DNA from: Angustibacter luteus
Lineage (GTDB): Bacteria > Actinomycetota > Actinomycetes > Actinomycetales > Angustibacteraceae
Reading direction: 5' to 3'
Length of the DNA: 64,000 bases
Assembly: GCF_039541115.1 (NCBI RefSeq)
Contig: NZ_BAABFP010000007.1
Coordinates: 558,001-622,000, forward strand
Part shown: positions 1 to 12,826 of the stretch, one piece after another
Numbering within the stretch: position 1 is the first letter of the stretch
Layout of the letters: each line of letters opens with the position of its first letter
Position numbers and translations under genes: made by a program
Notes under the pieces: generated by a model
What the model was told of the DNA's origin: nothing
Databases searched by the model: none
What the model saw: the letters and a program-made list of their open reading frames with translations, nothing else

Positions 1-233
1 GACAGGTCCGGGCGGCGGTGCACTCGCTGCTCGAGCACGTCCCCGGGGCCGACGACGTCGGCCCGCACGGGCTGCGGCACTCGGCGGCGACGCACCTGCT
101 GGAAGGCGGAGCTGACCTGAGAGCCGTTCAAGAACTGCTCGGCCACGCTACGCTCGCCACGACCCAGATCTACACCCACGTATCCGTCGAGAGGCTGAAG
201 GCGACATATGAGCAGGCGCACCCGCGTGCCTGA
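1..233 (+). CDS. xerC: Tyrosine recombinase XerC, C-terminal part (5' truncated by window edge)
   Basis: [39 protein letters not shown] has the H-x-x-R, second H and catalytic Y motifs; ends HPRA as in XerC/XerD. Confidence 0.88.
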   Translation, partial: QVRAAVHSLLEHVPGADDVGPHGLRHSAATHLLEGGADLRAVQELLGHATLATTQIYTHVSVERLKATYEQAHPRA

Positions 234-1218
234 GGCGGAGGTTGCGGTCAGTCCGCAGACCGACGCAGCAGGCGAGCAGGAGGCAGCTGACGCGGCCACC
301 ACGGACCCGGGTGCGGAGTCGGGTGCGGCTGCCGTCGAGCCCGCCGCCGAGGCGACCGATGATGCCGAGGCGACCGATGGTGCCGAGGCAACGGACGAGG
401 TCCAGAAGCCGGACGAGCCGGAGGACGACCCCGAGGACGTCGTCGCGGCCAATGCGGCGGCGATCGCGGAGCTGTGGCGGCAGTACAAGGCCGATGGCGA
501 CCCGGCGGTCCGCGAGAAGCTGATCCTGCACTACTCGCCGCTCGTCAAGTACGTGGCCGGCCGCGTCGGTGTCGGCCTGCCGCCGAACATCGAGCAGGCT
601 GACCTCGTCTCGTACGGGATCTTCGGCCTGATCGACGCGCTGGAGAAGTTCGACCTCGAGCGGGCCATCAAGTTCGAGACCTACGCCATCTCGCGGGTCC
701 GCGGCGCCATCATCGACGAGCTGCGGGCGATCGACTGGATCCCGCGCTCGGTCCGGCACAAGGCCCGTGAGGTCGAGCGCGCGTACGCCGACCTCGAGGG
801 TGAGCTGCACCGCACGCCCACCGAGGCTGAGGTGGCGGGCCGCATGGGCATCAAGGTCGGCGACCTGCACCACATCTTCAGCCAGGTCTCGTACGTCAAC
901 GTGGTCGCTCTGGACGAGCTGCTCAGCGTCGGCGGCGAGAAGGGTGACTCGCTCACCCTGGGCGACACGCTCGAGGACAAGGGCGCCGAGGACCCCGTCC
1001 TGGCGTTCGAGGGCGAGGAGACCAAGTACCTGCTGGCCCGCGCGATCAACCAGCTCCCCGAGCGCGAGAAGATCGTCGTCACCCTCTACTACTACGAGGG
1101 CCTCACCCTGGCCGAGATCGGCCAGGTGCTCGGGGTCACCGAGTCCCGGATCTGCCAGATGCACACCAAGGCGGTCCTGCAGCTGCGCGGAAAGATCATC
1201 GAGGTCACCGCAGGCTGA
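226..1218 (+). CDS. whiG: FliA/WhiG-family RNA polymerase sigma factor with acidic N-terminal extension
   Basis: [61 protein letters not shown] at 226 overlaps the xerC stop; the ORF track uses ATG 208. Confidence 0.92.
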   Translation: MPEAEVAVSPQTDAAGEQEAADAATTDPGAESGAAAVEPAAEATDDAEATDGAEATDEVQKPDEPEDDPEDVVAANAAAIAELWRQYKADGDPAVREKLILHYSPLVKYVAGRVGVGLPPNIEQADLVSYGIFGLIDALEKFDLERAIKFETYAISRVRGAIIDELRAIDWIPRSVRHKAREVERAYADLEGELHRTPTEAEVAGRMGIKVGDLHHIFSQVSYVNVVALDELLSVGGEKGDSLTLGDTLEDKGAEDPVLAFEGEETKYLLARAINQLPEREKIVVTLYYYEGLTLAEIGQVLGVTESRICQMHTKAVLQLRGKIIEVTAG

Positions 1219-1720
1219 TCGGCAGCAGCACCAGCGGTCCGCCGCCCACCAGGGTCAGCGGGTCGAGGTAGGTCTCGCCGCGCCGCAGACCCCAGTGCAG
1301 GCAGGTGCGCGGGACGCAGTGCCCGACCTGGGCGCCGACGACGCCGATCGGCGTCCCGACCCGTACCGGCGTGCCCACCAGCGACCGGCGGTCCACCGGC
1401 TCGTAGGACGTCCGCAGGCCACCCGGATGGCTGACCACGACGACTCCGCGACCGGCCACGAGCCCGGCGAAGGCGACGCGCCCGGCGCCGGCCGCCAGCA
1501 CCGGCTGGCCGACGCGCCCGGTCAGGTCGACACCGCGGTGCCCGGCGCTCCACGGCGTGGGGGGAGCGCGGAACGGCCGGGCCACCGCGGGCCGAGGTGC
1601 GAGCGGCCAGCCCCAGGAGGACACCCGCACCGCAGGCGGGGGAGCGCCGGCGGTGAGAGGTGCACCCGATACCGACCCGGTGATCGCCGCCGCAGCGGCC
1701 AGGAGCATTGCTCGAACCAT
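1205..1720 (-). CDS. M23 family metallopeptidase, secreted
   Basis: Signal peptide, GHRGVDL (HxxxD) and CLHWGLR..YLDPL; convergent with whiG. Confidence 0.85.
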   Translation of the reverse strand: MVRAMLLAAAAAITGSVSGAPLTAGAPPPAVRVSSWGWPLAPRPAVARPFRAPPTPWSAGHRGVDLTGRVGQPVLAAGAGRVAFAGLVAGRGVVVVSHPGGLRTSYEPVDRRSLVGTPVRVGTPIGVVGAQVGHCVPRTCLHWGLRRGETYLDPLTLVGGGPLVLLPISLR

Positions 1721-1863
1721 GGCTCCACCTCACCGCGACGCGCTCACCGGGACGAGAGGGCCGGGGCGATCTGTGCATGGTGGGACGACGGCCGATCCTG
1801 TGGACGACGCGGCTGTACGCCGGGTCACCCACCGGTGGACGAAGCCTGGCTAGCCTTCGGAAC

Positions 1864-2490
1864 GTGACCACCGAGCATGAGACTGTCCGCGAGCGCGACC
1901 TGGACCGGCTGCTGACCTTCGTCGACGCCGTCGTCGCGATCGCGATCACGCTGCTCGTGCTGCCCCTCGTCGAGCTGACCAGCGACGTCACCGAGGACGA
2001 CTCAGTCCGCGAGCTGCTCCACACGCACTCGGACCAGCTCTGGTCGTTCGTGCTGAGCTTCGTGGTGATCGCCCAGCTCTGGTCCTCCCAGCACCACGCC
2101 GTGCGCCGCATGCTGCGTGCCGATCCGCTGGTGTCGCGCCTTCTCGTGGTCTGGATGTTCACGATCGTCTTCCTGCCGTTCCCCACCGCACTGGTCGCCA
2201 CGGCCGGGCAGCAGGCCACGACCAAGGTCCTCTACGTCGGGACCATCACGGTGAGCACGCTGTGCCTCGCCCTCGTGGCGGTCGTGCTCGGCCGGCGTCC
2301 GGACGTGACGGACGGGGTCGCTGACCACGACCCGCGGCCCGCCACCATCAGCGCCGCGCTGCTCCTGCTGGCCCTGGGCCTCATGCTCGCGTTCCCGGCG
2401 GCCGGCTACTACCCGATGTTCCTGCTCGCGCTCTTCCCGCTGTTCGGCCGCGCCGTGCGCATCGCCCGGCGGGCCGGGGCCCAGCGGTGA
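1864..2490 (+). CDS. TMEM175-family (DUF1211) membrane protein
   Basis: RLLTFVDAVVAIAITLLVL and W..HH motifs, ~6 TM; GTG 1864 preceded by -10-like TAGCCT. Confidence 0.8.
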   Translation: MTTEHETVRERDLDRLLTFVDAVVAIAITLLVLPLVELTSDVTEDDSVRELLHTHSDQLWSFVLSFVVIAQLWSSQHHAVRRMLRADPLVSRLLVVWMFTIVFLPFPTALVATAGQQATTKVLYVGTITVSTLCLALVAVVLGRRPDVTDGVADHDPRPATISAALLLLALGLMLAFPAAGYYPMFLLALFPLFGRAVRIARRAGAQR

Positions 2491-3224
2491 GTGGCGTGAG
2501 CGCACCGCTGACCGTGGTGACGGGCGGCAGTCGCGGCATCGGTGCCGCGATCTGCGAGCGCCTCGCCAGCGACGGGCACGACGTCGTGGTCGGGTACCGG
2601 ATCGACGGGGCTGCCGCCGAGGAGGTCGCGACCGCAGTGCGGGGGCTGGGCCGCCAGGCCGTCGCGGTGCAGGTCGACACGACGAGCGAGGCCGACGTCG
2701 ACCGGCTGTTCGATGCCGCGGCCGCGCTCGGCACCGTCACCGGACTGGTCAACAACGCCGGCGTCAGCGGCCCGAACGGACCACTCGTGGACGCCGACGC
2801 CGAGGGCATGCGCCGGGCCATCGAGGTCAACGTGCTCGGCTACCTGCTCTGCGCCCGACGGGCCATCCGCGACCTGACGCCGATCGGCTCCGGCGCCATC
2901 GTGAACATCTCGTCGGCGGCGGCCACCCTCGGCAGCCCGGGGCAGTACGTCCACTACGCCGCAACCAAGGCCGCGGTGGACGCGATGACCGTGGGCCTGG
3001 CCAAGGAGGTGGCGGCCACGGGCATCCGGGTCAACTGCGTGGCGCCCGGGATCATCTGGACCGAGTTCCACGCGGACCCGCAGCGGCCGGCCCGGCTCGC
3101 GCCGACGATCCCGCTGGGCCGGTCCGGCCAACCGGACGAGGTGGCCGGCGCGGTGGCGTGGCTCCTCTCGGACGACGCCTCGTTCACCACCGGGGCGGTC
3201 CTTCGGGTCGCCGGCGGGATGTAG
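2487..3224 (+). CDS. Short-chain dehydrogenase/reductase
   Basis: TGGSRGIG, NNAG, YAATK. Confidence 0.93.
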   Translation: MSGVSAPLTVVTGGSRGIGAAICERLASDGHDVVVGYRIDGAAAEEVATAVRGLGRQAVAVQVDTTSEADVDRLFDAAAALGTVTGLVNNAGVSGPNGPLVDADAEGMRRAIEVNVLGYLLCARRAIRDLTPIGSGAIVNISSAAATLGSPGQYVHYAATKAAVDAMTVGLAKEVAATGIRVNCVAPGIIWTEFHADPQRPARLAPTIPLGRSGQPDEVAGAVAWLLSDDASFTTGAVLRVAGGM

Positions 3225-4412
3225 CTACCGGCGCAGCTTCGCCAGCCGCAGCGCGGCCTCCTGCAGCACCTCGGGCCGCTTGCAGAACGCGAACCGCACC
3301 AGTGAGCGACCGGCGTCCGGGTCGTCGTGGAACACCCCGACGGGCACCCCGACTACGCCGGCCAGCTCTGGCAGGTCGCGGCACAGGGCCAGCCCGTCGT
3401 CGTACCCGAGGTCGCGCCCGTCCACGACGACGAAGTACGTCCCGGCCGGCGCCATCGGGGTGAACCCCGCGTCCGCCAGTCCGGCGCAGAGCAGGTCCCG
3501 GCCGGCCTGCAACGTCGTGGCCAGCCCGGCGTACACCTCGTCCGGCAGCCCCAGCCCGTGCGCCACGGCCGGCTGGAACGGCCCGGACGCGACGAAGGTC
3601 AGGAACTGCTTGACCGCGCGGACGGCGTCCACCAGCTCGCGCGGGCCGTGCACCCAGCCGACCTTCCAGCCGGTCACCGAGAACGTCTTGCCCGCCGACG
3701 AGATGGTCAGCGTGCGCTCGGCCATCCCGGGCAGCGTGGCGATCGGGAGGTGCTGGCCGCCGGTCGGGCCGTCCGAGAACAGCAGGTGCTCGTAGACCTC
3801 GTCGCTGACCACGAGCGCGCCGTGCTCGCGGGCCAGCGAGGCCACCAGCTCGAGCTCGGCGCGGGTGAAGACCTTGCCGGTCGGGTTGTGCGGGGTGTTC
3901 ATCAGCACCGCCCGGGTGCGCCCGCTGAAGGCGGCACGCAGCTCCGCCTCGTCCACCGCGAAGTCCGGCGCGCGCAGCACGACGGTCCGGCGGACCCCAC
4001 CCGCCAGCGCCACCGACGCGGCGTAGGAGTCGTAGTAGGGCTCGAACACGACGACCTCGTCGCCGGGCTCGACGAGGGCGAGCAGGCTCGCCGCGATCGC
4101 CTCGGTTGCCCCCGCGGTGACCAGCACCTCGGTGTCCGGGTCGACGCTCAGCCCGTAGAACCGCTGCTGGTGCCCGGCGACCGCCTCGCGCAGCTCGGGG
4201 ACGCCGGGGCCCGGCGGGTACTGGTTGCGACCGCCGCGGATCGCGTCGACCGCCGCCTCGAGCACGGACGTCGGCCCGTCGGTGTCCGGGAAGCCCTGGC
4301 CCAGGTTGATGGCGCCGGTCCGCTGAGCGAGCGCGGTCATCTCGGCGAAGATCGTGGTGCCGAAGCCACGCATCCGCTCGACGAGAAATGGAGTACGCGG
4401 CTGCAGGTCCAT
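3225..4412 (-). CDS. PLP-dependent class I/II aminotransferase (YbdL/DapC-like)
   Basis: INLGQGFPD, NTPHNPTG, DEVY, SAGKTFSVTGWKVG. Confidence 0.9.
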   Translation of the reverse strand: MDLQPRTPFLVERMRGFGTTIFAEMTALAQRTGAINLGQGFPDTDGPTSVLEAAVDAIRGGRNQYPPGPGVPELREAVAGHQQRFYGLSVDPDTEVLVTAGATEAIAASLLALVEPGDEVVVFEPYYDSYAASVALAGGVRRTVVLRAPDFAVDEAELRAAFSGRTRAVLMNTPHNPTGKVFTRAELELVASLAREHGALVVSDEVYEHLLFSDGPTGGQHLPIATLPGMAERTLTISSAGKTFSVTGWKVGWVHGPRELVDAVRAVKQFLTFVASGPFQPAVAHGLGLPDEVYAGLATTLQAGRDLLCAGLADAGFTPMAPAGTYFVVVDGRDLGYDDGLALCRDLPELAGVVGVPVGVFHDDPDAGRSLVRFAFCKRPEVLQEAALRLAKLRR

Positions 4413-4429
4413 GCCGCGACACTACGACG

Positions 4430-5779
4430 GTGAGCACCGAGACCAGCCCGGGGACGGGTCCTGAGACCCCCGCTGGTTGGCGAGCCAGGTTCGGGCCGTT
4501 GTCGGAGCCCGTCTTCCGCCGCTACTGGCTGGGCCAGGCGGTCAGCCACTTCGGCGACCGCATCGCCCCGATCGCGCTCGCGTTCGCGGTGCTGGAGATC
4601 TCCGGCTCGGCCACGGATCTCGGTCTGGTGGTCGCCGCGGGCACGGTGCCCCTGGCGGTGCTGCTGCTGGTCGGCGGGGTGTGGGCGGACCGGCTCGACC
4701 GGCGCTGGGTGATGCTCACCGCGGACGGGGTGCGCGCCGTCGTCCAGGGGCTGCTCGCGGTCCTGCTGATCACCGGGAACGCGCAGATCTGGCAGATGGC
4801 CGTGCTGGCGGCCCTCTCCGGGGCCGCGCAGGCGTTCTTCGAGCCGGCCGCCACCGGCATGGTGCCGCAGGTCGTCTCACCCGGCCGCCTCGGCCAGGGC
4901 AACGCACTCGTCGGGCTCAGCCACAACGCGGCCATGATCGTGGCCCCGCTGGTGGCCGGCGCGCTGGTGGCCGCCGCCAGCCCCGGCGCCGCCATCGCCG
5001 TGGACGCCGCCACGTTCGTCGTCAGCGCCGCGTTCCTGTGGCGGTTGCGCCCACGTCCGAGCGAGCCGTCCGAGCGCTCGACGTTCGTCGGCGAGCTGGT
5101 CGGCGGGTTCCGCGAGGTGACCTCACGGTCCTGGCTCGGCGCCATGATCATCGGCTTCACGGTCTACCACGCGGTCGTGCTACCGGCCCTGCTCGTGCTG
5201 GGTCCGGTGGTCGCCGACCGCCGGTACGACGGCGCGACGACCTGGGCGGTCATCACCTCGGCCTTCGGGGTGGGCGCCGTGCTCGGCGCGCTCGCCGCTC
5301 TCAAGGCCCGGCCGCGTCGTCCGATCGTCTGGTGCGCGGTCCTGCTGGTCGGTGGCTCGGTGCAGCCGCTGATCGTCGGCACCTGGCTGCCGCTGGCCGC
5401 GATGGCCGGGCTCATCGCGATCTCCGGAGCCAGCATCAGCGTGCTCTTCGTCATCTGGGACACCACGCTGGCCCGGGAGATCCCGCCGCAGGCACTGAGC
5501 CGGGTCAGCTCGTTCGACTTCTTCGGCTCGGTGGTCGGGATGCCGCTGGGCTTCGCCGTCATCGGGCCGATCTCGAGCTGGCTGGGGCTGACCACGACCA
5601 TGGTGGTCGCATCCGGCCTCGGGGTCGCGTGGGCGCTGGTCACCGCTGCGCTGCCGTCCGTCCGCGGCTTGCGCGAGGACCCCACCAGCCAGACGACGCG
5701 CACCGGAGAGCCGGTGCCGGAGTACCACGCACCGCACCCGCCGACCGACCCGTCACCAGCACCTCCCACTCTGGCGTAG
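4430..5779 (+). CDS. MFS transporter
   Basis: ~12 [13 protein letters not shown] motif A; start reassigned to GTG 4430. Confidence 0.88.
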   Translation: MSTETSPGTGPETPAGWRARFGPLSEPVFRRYWLGQAVSHFGDRIAPIALAFAVLEISGSATDLGLVVAAGTVPLAVLLLVGGVWADRLDRRWVMLTADGVRAVVQGLLAVLLITGNAQIWQMAVLAALSGAAQAFFEPAATGMVPQVVSPGRLGQGNALVGLSHNAAMIVAPLVAGALVAAASPGAAIAVDAATFVVSAAFLWRLRPRPSEPSERSTFVGELVGGFREVTSRSWLGAMIIGFTVYHAVVLPALLVLGPVVADRRYDGATTWAVITSAFGVGAVLGALAALKARPRRPIVWCAVLLVGGSVQPLIVGTWLPLAAMAGLIAISGASISVLFVIWDTTLAREIPPQALSRVSSFDFFGSVVGMPLGFAVIGPISSWLGLTTTMVVASGLGVAWALVTAALPSVRGLREDPTSQTTRTGEPVPEYHAPHPPTDPSPAPPTLA

Positions 5780-5985
5780 ACTGGCCTCACGACCGATCTC
5801 GATCGGTCGAATTCGCGCGTCCGCAGACCGGCACCGTGACGAGGGCACTCCTCGCCGCACCGCCGGGGCGCACACCCGGTCCGGGCAGGCCCAGCACAAC
5901 TCAGCCCGGTTCAGTGCGTCGCGGTCGCCAGGCGTGGCGGTCGACCGGCCGACCACGGACAACCGAGCGACAAAGGACACCAAGC
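5780..5985 (+). promoter_or_regulatory. rpsB promoter and ~200-nt 5' leader (probable S2 autoregulatory leader)
   Basis: -10-like TAGACT at 5777-5782, long non-coding leader, AAGGA RBS before ATG 5986; the leader function is inferred from other bacteria. Confidence 0.4.
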
Positions 5986-7002
5986 ATGGCCGTCGTCACC
6001 ATGCGCCAGCTCCTCGAGAGCGGCGTGCACTTCGGGCACCAGACCCGACGCTGGAACCCCAAGATGAAGCGCTTCATCTTCACCGAGCGCAACGGCATCT
6101 ACATCATCGACCTGCAGCAGTCGCTGACGTACATCGACAACGCGTTCGAGTTCGTCAAGGAGACGGTCGCCCACGGCGGCTCGATCCTCTTCGTCGGCAC
6201 CAAGAAGCAGGCGCAGGAGCCCGTGGCCGAGCAGGCCACCCGGGTCGGCATGCCCTACGTCAACCAGCGTTGGCTCGGCGGCATGCTCACCAACTTCCAG
6301 ACCGTGCACAAGCGTCTGCAGCGCCTTAAGGAGCTCGAGGTCATCGACTTCGACGACGTCGCGGGCAGCGGCATGACCAAGAAGGAGCTGCTCGTCCTGC
6401 GTCGCGAGAAGGACAAGCTCGAGCGCACCCTCGGCGGTATCCGCGACATGGCCAAGGTGCCGAGCGCGGTGTGGATCGTCGACACCAAGAAGGAGCACCT
6501 GGCGGTCGACGAGGCGAAGAAGCTCGGCATCCCGATCGTCGCGATCCTGGACACCAACTGCGACCCCGACGAGGTCGACTACAAGATCCCGGGCAACGAC
6601 GACGCGATCCGCTCCGTCACGCTGCTCACCCGGGTCGTCGCGGACGCCGTGGCCGAGGGCCTGATGGCCCGCTCGCGCGGTGGCGACGCCGCTGCGGCCG
6701 AGTCCGGCCAGGTCGCCGGCGACGAGCCGCTGGCCGAGTGGGAACGCGAGCTCCTCGCCGGTCAGCCGCAGTCCGGTGAGCCCGAGGGCGCGCACGCCGC
6801 CGCCGGTGACGCCGAGGCCGTCGTGGCCGAGCAGGCCGCCGGCCAGGACGCCGAGGCCGCCGCCGAGGCGACCGAGGCGCCCGCCGCTGAGGCCGCTGCT
6901 GCTGAGGCTGCCCCGGAGGCTGCCCCGGAGGCTGCTGCTGAGGCTGCCCCCGAGGCTGCTGCTGAGGCCGCCCCCGAGGCGACCGACGCCGACCAGGCCT
7001 GA
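5986..7002 (+). CDS. rpsB: 30S ribosomal protein S2
   Basis: [27 protein letters not shown]...PGNDDAIRS; the 841-aa ORF-track call is an upstream read-in. Confidence 0.98.
   Translation: MAVVTMRQLLESGVHFGHQTRRWNPKMKRFIFTERNGIYIIDLQQSLTYIDNAFEFVKETVAHGGSILFVGTKKQAQEPVAEQATRVGMPYVNQRWLGGMLTNFQTVHKRLQRLKELEVIDFDDVAGSGMTKKELLVLRREKDKLERTLGGIRDMAKVPSAVWIVDTKKEHLAVDEAKKLGIPIVAILDTNCDPDEVDYKIPGNDDAIRSVTLLTRVVADAVAEGLMARSRGGDAAAAESGQVAGDEPLAEWERELLAGQPQSGEPEGAHAAAGDAEAVVAEQAAGQDAEAAAEATEAPAAEAAAAEAAPEAAPEAAAEAAPEAAAEAAPEATDADQA
6852..6980 (+). repeat. Low-complexity tandem repeat in the S2 C-terminal tail ([12 protein letters not shown])
   Basis: gaggctgccccggaggctgccccggaggctgctgctgaggctgcccccgaggctgctgctgaggccgccccc. 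Confidence 0.8.
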
Positions 7003-7040
7003 GCGACCACCCACGCACTTCGAGAGGAAGAACCACCCGC

Positions 7041-7868
<828 letters not shown>

Positions 7869-7879
7869 GCACCAGCTGA

Positions 7880-8791
<912 letters not shown>

Positions 8792-8855
8792 CCGGACCGA
8801 CCTGCTGCTCCACCCCGCACGACCCGTCCGACAGCGCCACAGCCAAGGAGTTCGA

Positions 8856-9413
8856 GTGATCGACGAGACGCTCTTCGACGCGGAAGAGAAGATGACCAAG
8901 GCCGTCGAGGTCGCCAAGGAGGACTTCGCGGCGATCCGCACCGGGCGCGCCAACCCGGCGATGTTCACCAAGCTCACCGTCGACTACTACGGCAGCCCCA
9001 CGCCGCTCATGCAGCTCGCCTCCTTCCAGACGCCGGAGGCTCGCACCATCCTCATCACGCCCTACGACAAGAGTGCGATGAGCGAGATCGAGAAGACGCT
9101 GCGCGACAGCGACCTCGGTGCGAACCCGGCCAACGACGGCACCGTCATCCGGGTGGTCCTGCCGCAGCTCACCGAGGAGCGGCGCAAGGAGTACGTCAAG
9201 CTCGCCCGCACCAAGGCCGAGGACGCGAAGATCTCCATCCGCAACATCCGCCGCAAGGCGAAGGAGTCCCTCGACCACCTCATCAAGGACGGCGAGGTCG
9301 GCGAGGACGAGGGGAACCGGGCCGAGAAGGAGCTCGAGGGAACCACCAAGAAGTACGTCGACACCGTCGACGACCTGCTCAAGCACAAGGAGTCCGAGCT
9401 GCTGGCGGTGTGA
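8856..9413 (+). CDS. frr: Ribosome recycling factor
   Basis: [28 protein letters not shown] before GTG 8856. Confidence 0.97.
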   Translation: MIDETLFDAEEKMTKAVEVAKEDFAAIRTGRANPAMFTKLTVDYYGSPTPLMQLASFQTPEARTILITPYDKSAMSEIEKTLRDSDLGANPANDGTVIRVVLPQLTEERRKEYVKLARTKAEDAKISIRNIRRKAKESLDHLIKDGEVGEDEGNRAEKELEGTTKKYVDTVDDLLKHKESELLAV

Positions 9414-10336
9414 CCCAGCCCCCGCTGGATCGAATCCGTCCTGCTCGAGTGCCCATCGTGACCGACAGCCCCAGCAGCGCGCCACAGCCCGCCGCGCCGA
9501 CCTCCAGGGTCGCGGCTCGGGCTGCCCGTCAGCACGGCCGCGCCGGGCGCAACCTGCCCGCCGCCGTCGGCGTGGGCGTGGGCCTGGGTGCGGTGGTCGT
9601 CGCGAGCCTGTTCATCCGGCGCGAGGCGTTCCTGGCCGTCGTCGCCGTCGCGGTCTGCCTCGCGCTCTGGGAGCTGACCAACGCGCTGGCCGAGCGGCAC
9701 GTCAAGGTACCGCTGGTCCCGGTGGCCGTCGGGGCCGTAGCCATGCTTGTCGCCGCCTACACGGCGGGCGGGCAGGCCCTAGCGGTCTGCTTCGTGCTCA
9801 CCGCGGTCGCGGTGGTCATCTGGCGGACGTCGGAAGGCCCGGACGGCGCGCTGCGGGACGTCGCGGGCGGGATCTTCGCCGCCGCGTACCTGCCGCTGCT
9901 GGCCGGCTTCGTGGTCCTGATGCTCGCCGAGGAAGACGGCCCCTGGCGGGTCTTCACGTTCATCGTGGTGACGATCTCCAGCGACATCGGCGGCTACGCG
10001 CTCGGCGTCGTGGCCGGCAAGCACCCGATGGCGCCGTCGGTGAGCCCCAAGAAGTCCTGGGAGGGCTTTGCCGGATCGGCGATCGCGTGCGTCGTGGCCG
10101 GCACCCTCACCGTCCCGCTGCTGCTCGACGGGCCGTGGTGGGCAGGACCGATCGTCGGGCTCGCGGCCGTCCTGACCGCCACGCTGGGTGACCTGTCCGA
10201 GTCGATGATCAAGCGCGACCTGGGCATCAAGGACATGGGGTCGGTGCTGCCCGGACACGGCGGCGTGATGGACCGGCTGGACTCCCTGGTGATCGCCGCA
10301 CCCGTGGTCTGGCTCCTGCTGCACCTGTTCGTCTGA
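9410..10336 (+). CDS. cdsA: Phosphatidate cytidylyltransferase
   Basis: [39 protein letters not shown]. Confidence 0.95.
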   Translation: MTQPPLDRIRPARVPIVTDSPSSAPQPAAPTSRVAARAARQHGRAGRNLPAAVGVGVGLGAVVVASLFIRREAFLAVVAVAVCLALWELTNALAERHVKVPLVPVAVGAVAMLVAAYTAGGQALAVCFVLTAVAVVIWRTSEGPDGALRDVAGGIFAAAYLPLLAGFVVLMLAEEDGPWRVFTFIVVTISSDIGGYALGVVAGKHPMAPSVSPKKSWEGFAGSAIACVVAGTLTVPLLLDGPWWAGPIVGLAAVLTATLGDLSESMIKRDLGIKDMGSVLPGHGGVMDRLDSLVIAAPVVWLLLHLFV

Positions 10337-10360
10337 ACCACCTGAGAGACTGGGGCGGAT

Positions 10361-11476
10361 ATGGACACCACCCCGAAGCCCGGCCAGCTGACCTTCGCGG
10401 CGCCCCGGCGCGCCAAGCCGCCGCGACACCTGGCCGACCTGACCCTGGCCGAGCGAGCCGACGCCGTGCGCGAGGCGGGCCTGCCGGCCTTCCGCGCCAA
10501 GCAGCTGTCCACGCACTACTTCGAGCGACTCGTCGTCGAGCCCGAGCAGATGACCGACCTCCCGGCCAGCGGGCGCGACGAGCTGGTCGCCGCGCTGCTG
10601 CCGACGCTGATGACAGTCATCACCGAGCGTGAGGCGGACGCCGGGGACACCATCAAGACGGCCTGGCGGCTCTTCGACGGGGCGATCGTCGAGAGCGTCC
10701 TGATGCACTACGCGAACCGCAGCACGATCTGCATCTCCAGCCAGGCCGGCTGCGGGATGAACTGTCCGTTCTGCGCGACCGGGCAGGCCGGTCTGACCCG
10801 CAACATGTCGACCGCAGAGATCGTCGAGCAGGTGGTGCGCGGCGCTCGGCTGGTGGCGGCGCGGCACGGCGGGCACAAGCGCTCCATGAACGTGGTGTTC
10901 ATGGGCATGGGGGAGGCGCTCGCCAACTACAAGGCCTCCATCGGTGCCATCCGCCGGCTGGTCGACCCCAGCCCGGAGGGGCTGGGCCTGAGTGCGCGCG
11001 GCATCACGATGTCGACGGTCGGTCTGGTGCCGGCGATGGACAGGCTCACCGCCGAGGGCATCCCGGTCACGCTCGCGCTGAGCCTGCACGCTCCGGACGA
11101 CGAGCTGCGGGACGAGCTGGTGCCCATCAACACCCGGTGGAAGGTGGGCGAGGCCCTGGACGCCGCCTACCGGTACTTCGAGGCCACCGGGCGCCGGGTC
11201 AGCATCGAGTACGCCCTCATCCGGGACATCAACGACCAGGCCTGGCGGGCGGACCTGCTGGGCAAGCTGCTCAACCAGCGAGGCCGCGGCTGGATCCACG
11301 TCAACCCCATCCCGCTCAACCCGACCCCCGGTTCGAAGTGGACGGCGAGCGACCCGAAGGTCGAGAAGGCGTTCGTCGCGGCGCTGGAGGCCCGCGGCAT
11401 CCCCACCACGATCCGGGACACCCGCGGGCAGGACATCGACGGCGCGTGCGGCCAGCTCGCGGCGAACACGATCTGA
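10361..11476 (+). CDS. rlmN: 23S rRNA A2503/tRNA C2-methyltransferase (radical SAM)
   Basis: [30 protein letters not shown]. Confidence 0.95.
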   Translation: MDTTPKPGQLTFAAPRRAKPPRHLADLTLAERADAVREAGLPAFRAKQLSTHYFERLVVEPEQMTDLPASGRDELVAALLPTLMTVITEREADAGDTIKTAWRLFDGAIVESVLMHYANRSTICISSQAGCGMNCPFCATGQAGLTRNMSTAEIVEQVVRGARLVAARHGGHKRSMNVVFMGMGEALANYKASIGAIRRLVDPSPEGLGLSARGITMSTVGLVPAMDRLTAEGIPVTLALSLHAPDDELRDELVPINTRWKVGEALDAAYRYFEATGRRVSIEYALIRDINDQAWRADLLGKLLNQRGRGWIHVNPIPLNPTPGSKWTASDPKVEKAFVAALEARGIPTTIRDTRGQDIDGACGQLAANTI

Positions 11477-11609
11477 GCACGGCGTGAGCACGAGCACAGC
11501 GCGTCCGGACCAGCCTGCACGCCCGGCGGGTCACGCACGGTTACCCTTGCTGAGCGCGGTCGAGCGACCGCCGTCGGACCAGCAGCGGCGAGATCACGAG
11601 GAGCGGAGC

Positions 11610-12146
11610 ATGAGCGCCCCGATGCGCTTTCGCAGGGTCGGCAAGCTGGCCCGGGGGTACGACGTCAGCCAGGTCGATGCCTTCATCGCGCGGGCGCTCG
11701 GCGGCAGCGTCAGCTCGAACCTGATCCGCAGCGTCGGGTTCGACCTCAAGCTCGGCGGGTACCAGGTCGAGCCGGTGGACGCCGCGCTGGACCGCCTCGA
11801 GGACGAGATCGCCGCCACGGAGCGCTCCGGCGAGCGCCGCTCGCTCGGCGAGCGCGGCTTCGTGAAGGACGTGACGGCGCAGGCGCAGGTGCTGCGGGCC
11901 CGGCTGAGCCGCCCGCACGGCGACCGGTTCGCGCGCGGCTCCGCGTGGGAGCGCTCGTACGACGTCGAGCAGGTCGACATGATGTGCGACGACATCGCCG
12001 AGTACTTCGACGGTGCGACCGCCCTGTCCGCGGAGGAGCTGCGGGGCGCCGTGTTCGCCAGCCGCCGCGGCGCCCGCGGCTACAGCGAGAAGGCGGTCGA
12101 CCGGTTCCTGGACCGCGTCGTGTCCGTGATCAGCCGGGTCAGCTGA
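11610..12146 (+). CDS. DivIVA-domain repeat protein
   Basis: Repeats RGYDVSQVDAFI, GGYQVEPVDAALDRL, RSYDVEQVD, RGYSEKAVDRFLD. Confidence 0.8.
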   Translation: MSAPMRFRRVGKLARGYDVSQVDAFIARALGGSVSSNLIRSVGFDLKLGGYQVEPVDAALDRLEDEIAATERSGERRSLGERGFVKDVTAQAQVLRARLSRPHGDRFARGSAWERSYDVEQVDMMCDDIAEYFDGATALSAEELRGAVFASRRGARGYSEKAVDRFLDRVVSVISRVS

Positions 12147-12175
12147 GCGGATCGCGGCATGAGGGTGCCGGGTCG

Positions 12176-12826
12176 GTGAGCGACGATCGCACGGCCTGGT
12201 TGCGGCGGTTCTACGACAGCGAGGCCGCAGGTTACGACGCCACCCGTGGCGGCGAGCCGCGCGGGGCCCTGGCTGCGGCCGCGTTCGCTCAGCTGCTGGG
12301 TCCGCCCGGAGGGCCGGGCGGGCCGGTGCTGGAGGTGGGCACCGGGACGGCCGTGGTGGCCGGGGAGCTGCGGCGCCGGGGCTACCCGGTGCTGGGCGTC
12401 GACGTGTCGCTGGGCATGCTTCGACAGGCCGGGTCACGGCTGCCGGGGTGCCTCGTGCAAGGCGACGGCGCGGCGCTACCGCTGCCGGACGCCGGGTGCC
12501 GGGCCGTGGTGCTCTCGTGGGTCCTCCACCTGGTCGACAACCCGCTCGACCTCGTCCGTGAGGCGGCCCGGGTCATCGAACCTGGTGGCCGGCTGGTGAC
12601 CACGGTGAACAAGAGCGCCTCGTCGCGAGCCGTAGCCACGGCCCAGCCCGTGACCACGGAGACCAGGGAAGTGACCGACGACCCACTGGTGCTCGGGGCA
12701 CTGGCTGCCGAGCTCGGGCTGGAGCCGTCGGGCTCGGCGAGCTATGTGGCGCAGGGGCAGCACGGCGCGCCGACGTACGAGATCAAGAGCTGGGCGAGAC
12801 CAGCCCGAGCACCCGGTCCACGCTGA
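12176..12826 (+). CDS. Class I SAM-dependent methyltransferase
   Basis: VLEVGTGTA, GVDVSLGML, PGGRL. Confidence 0.85.
   Translation: MSDDRTAWLRRFYDSEAAGYDATRGGEPRGALAAAAFAQLLGPPGGPGGPVLEVGTGTAVVAGELRRRGYPVLGVDVSLGMLRQAGSRLPGCLVQGDGAALPLPDAGCRAVVLSWVLHLVDNPLDLVREAARVIEPGGRLVTTVNKSASSRAVATAQPVTTETREVTDDPLVLGALAAELGLEPSGSASYVAQGQHGAPTYEIKSWARPARAPGPR

Noticed and set aside
1..233. Phage or island integrase
   Set aside because: The HPRA C-terminus and position upstream of whiG/rpsB fit housekeeping XerC; no att sites or mobile genes nearby
1799..1842. DnaA-box-like 9-mers TGTGGACGA and GGTGGACGA
   Set aside because: Only two copies with 1-2 mismatches; too weak to call
6852..6980. CRISPR-like repeats
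   Set aside because: In-frame coding repeats without unique spacers; no cas genes
4477..7002. 841-aa ORF suggesting a giant S2 fusion
   Set aside because: The upstream part is an off-frame read through the MFS gene; canonical S2 starts at 5986 with an RBS
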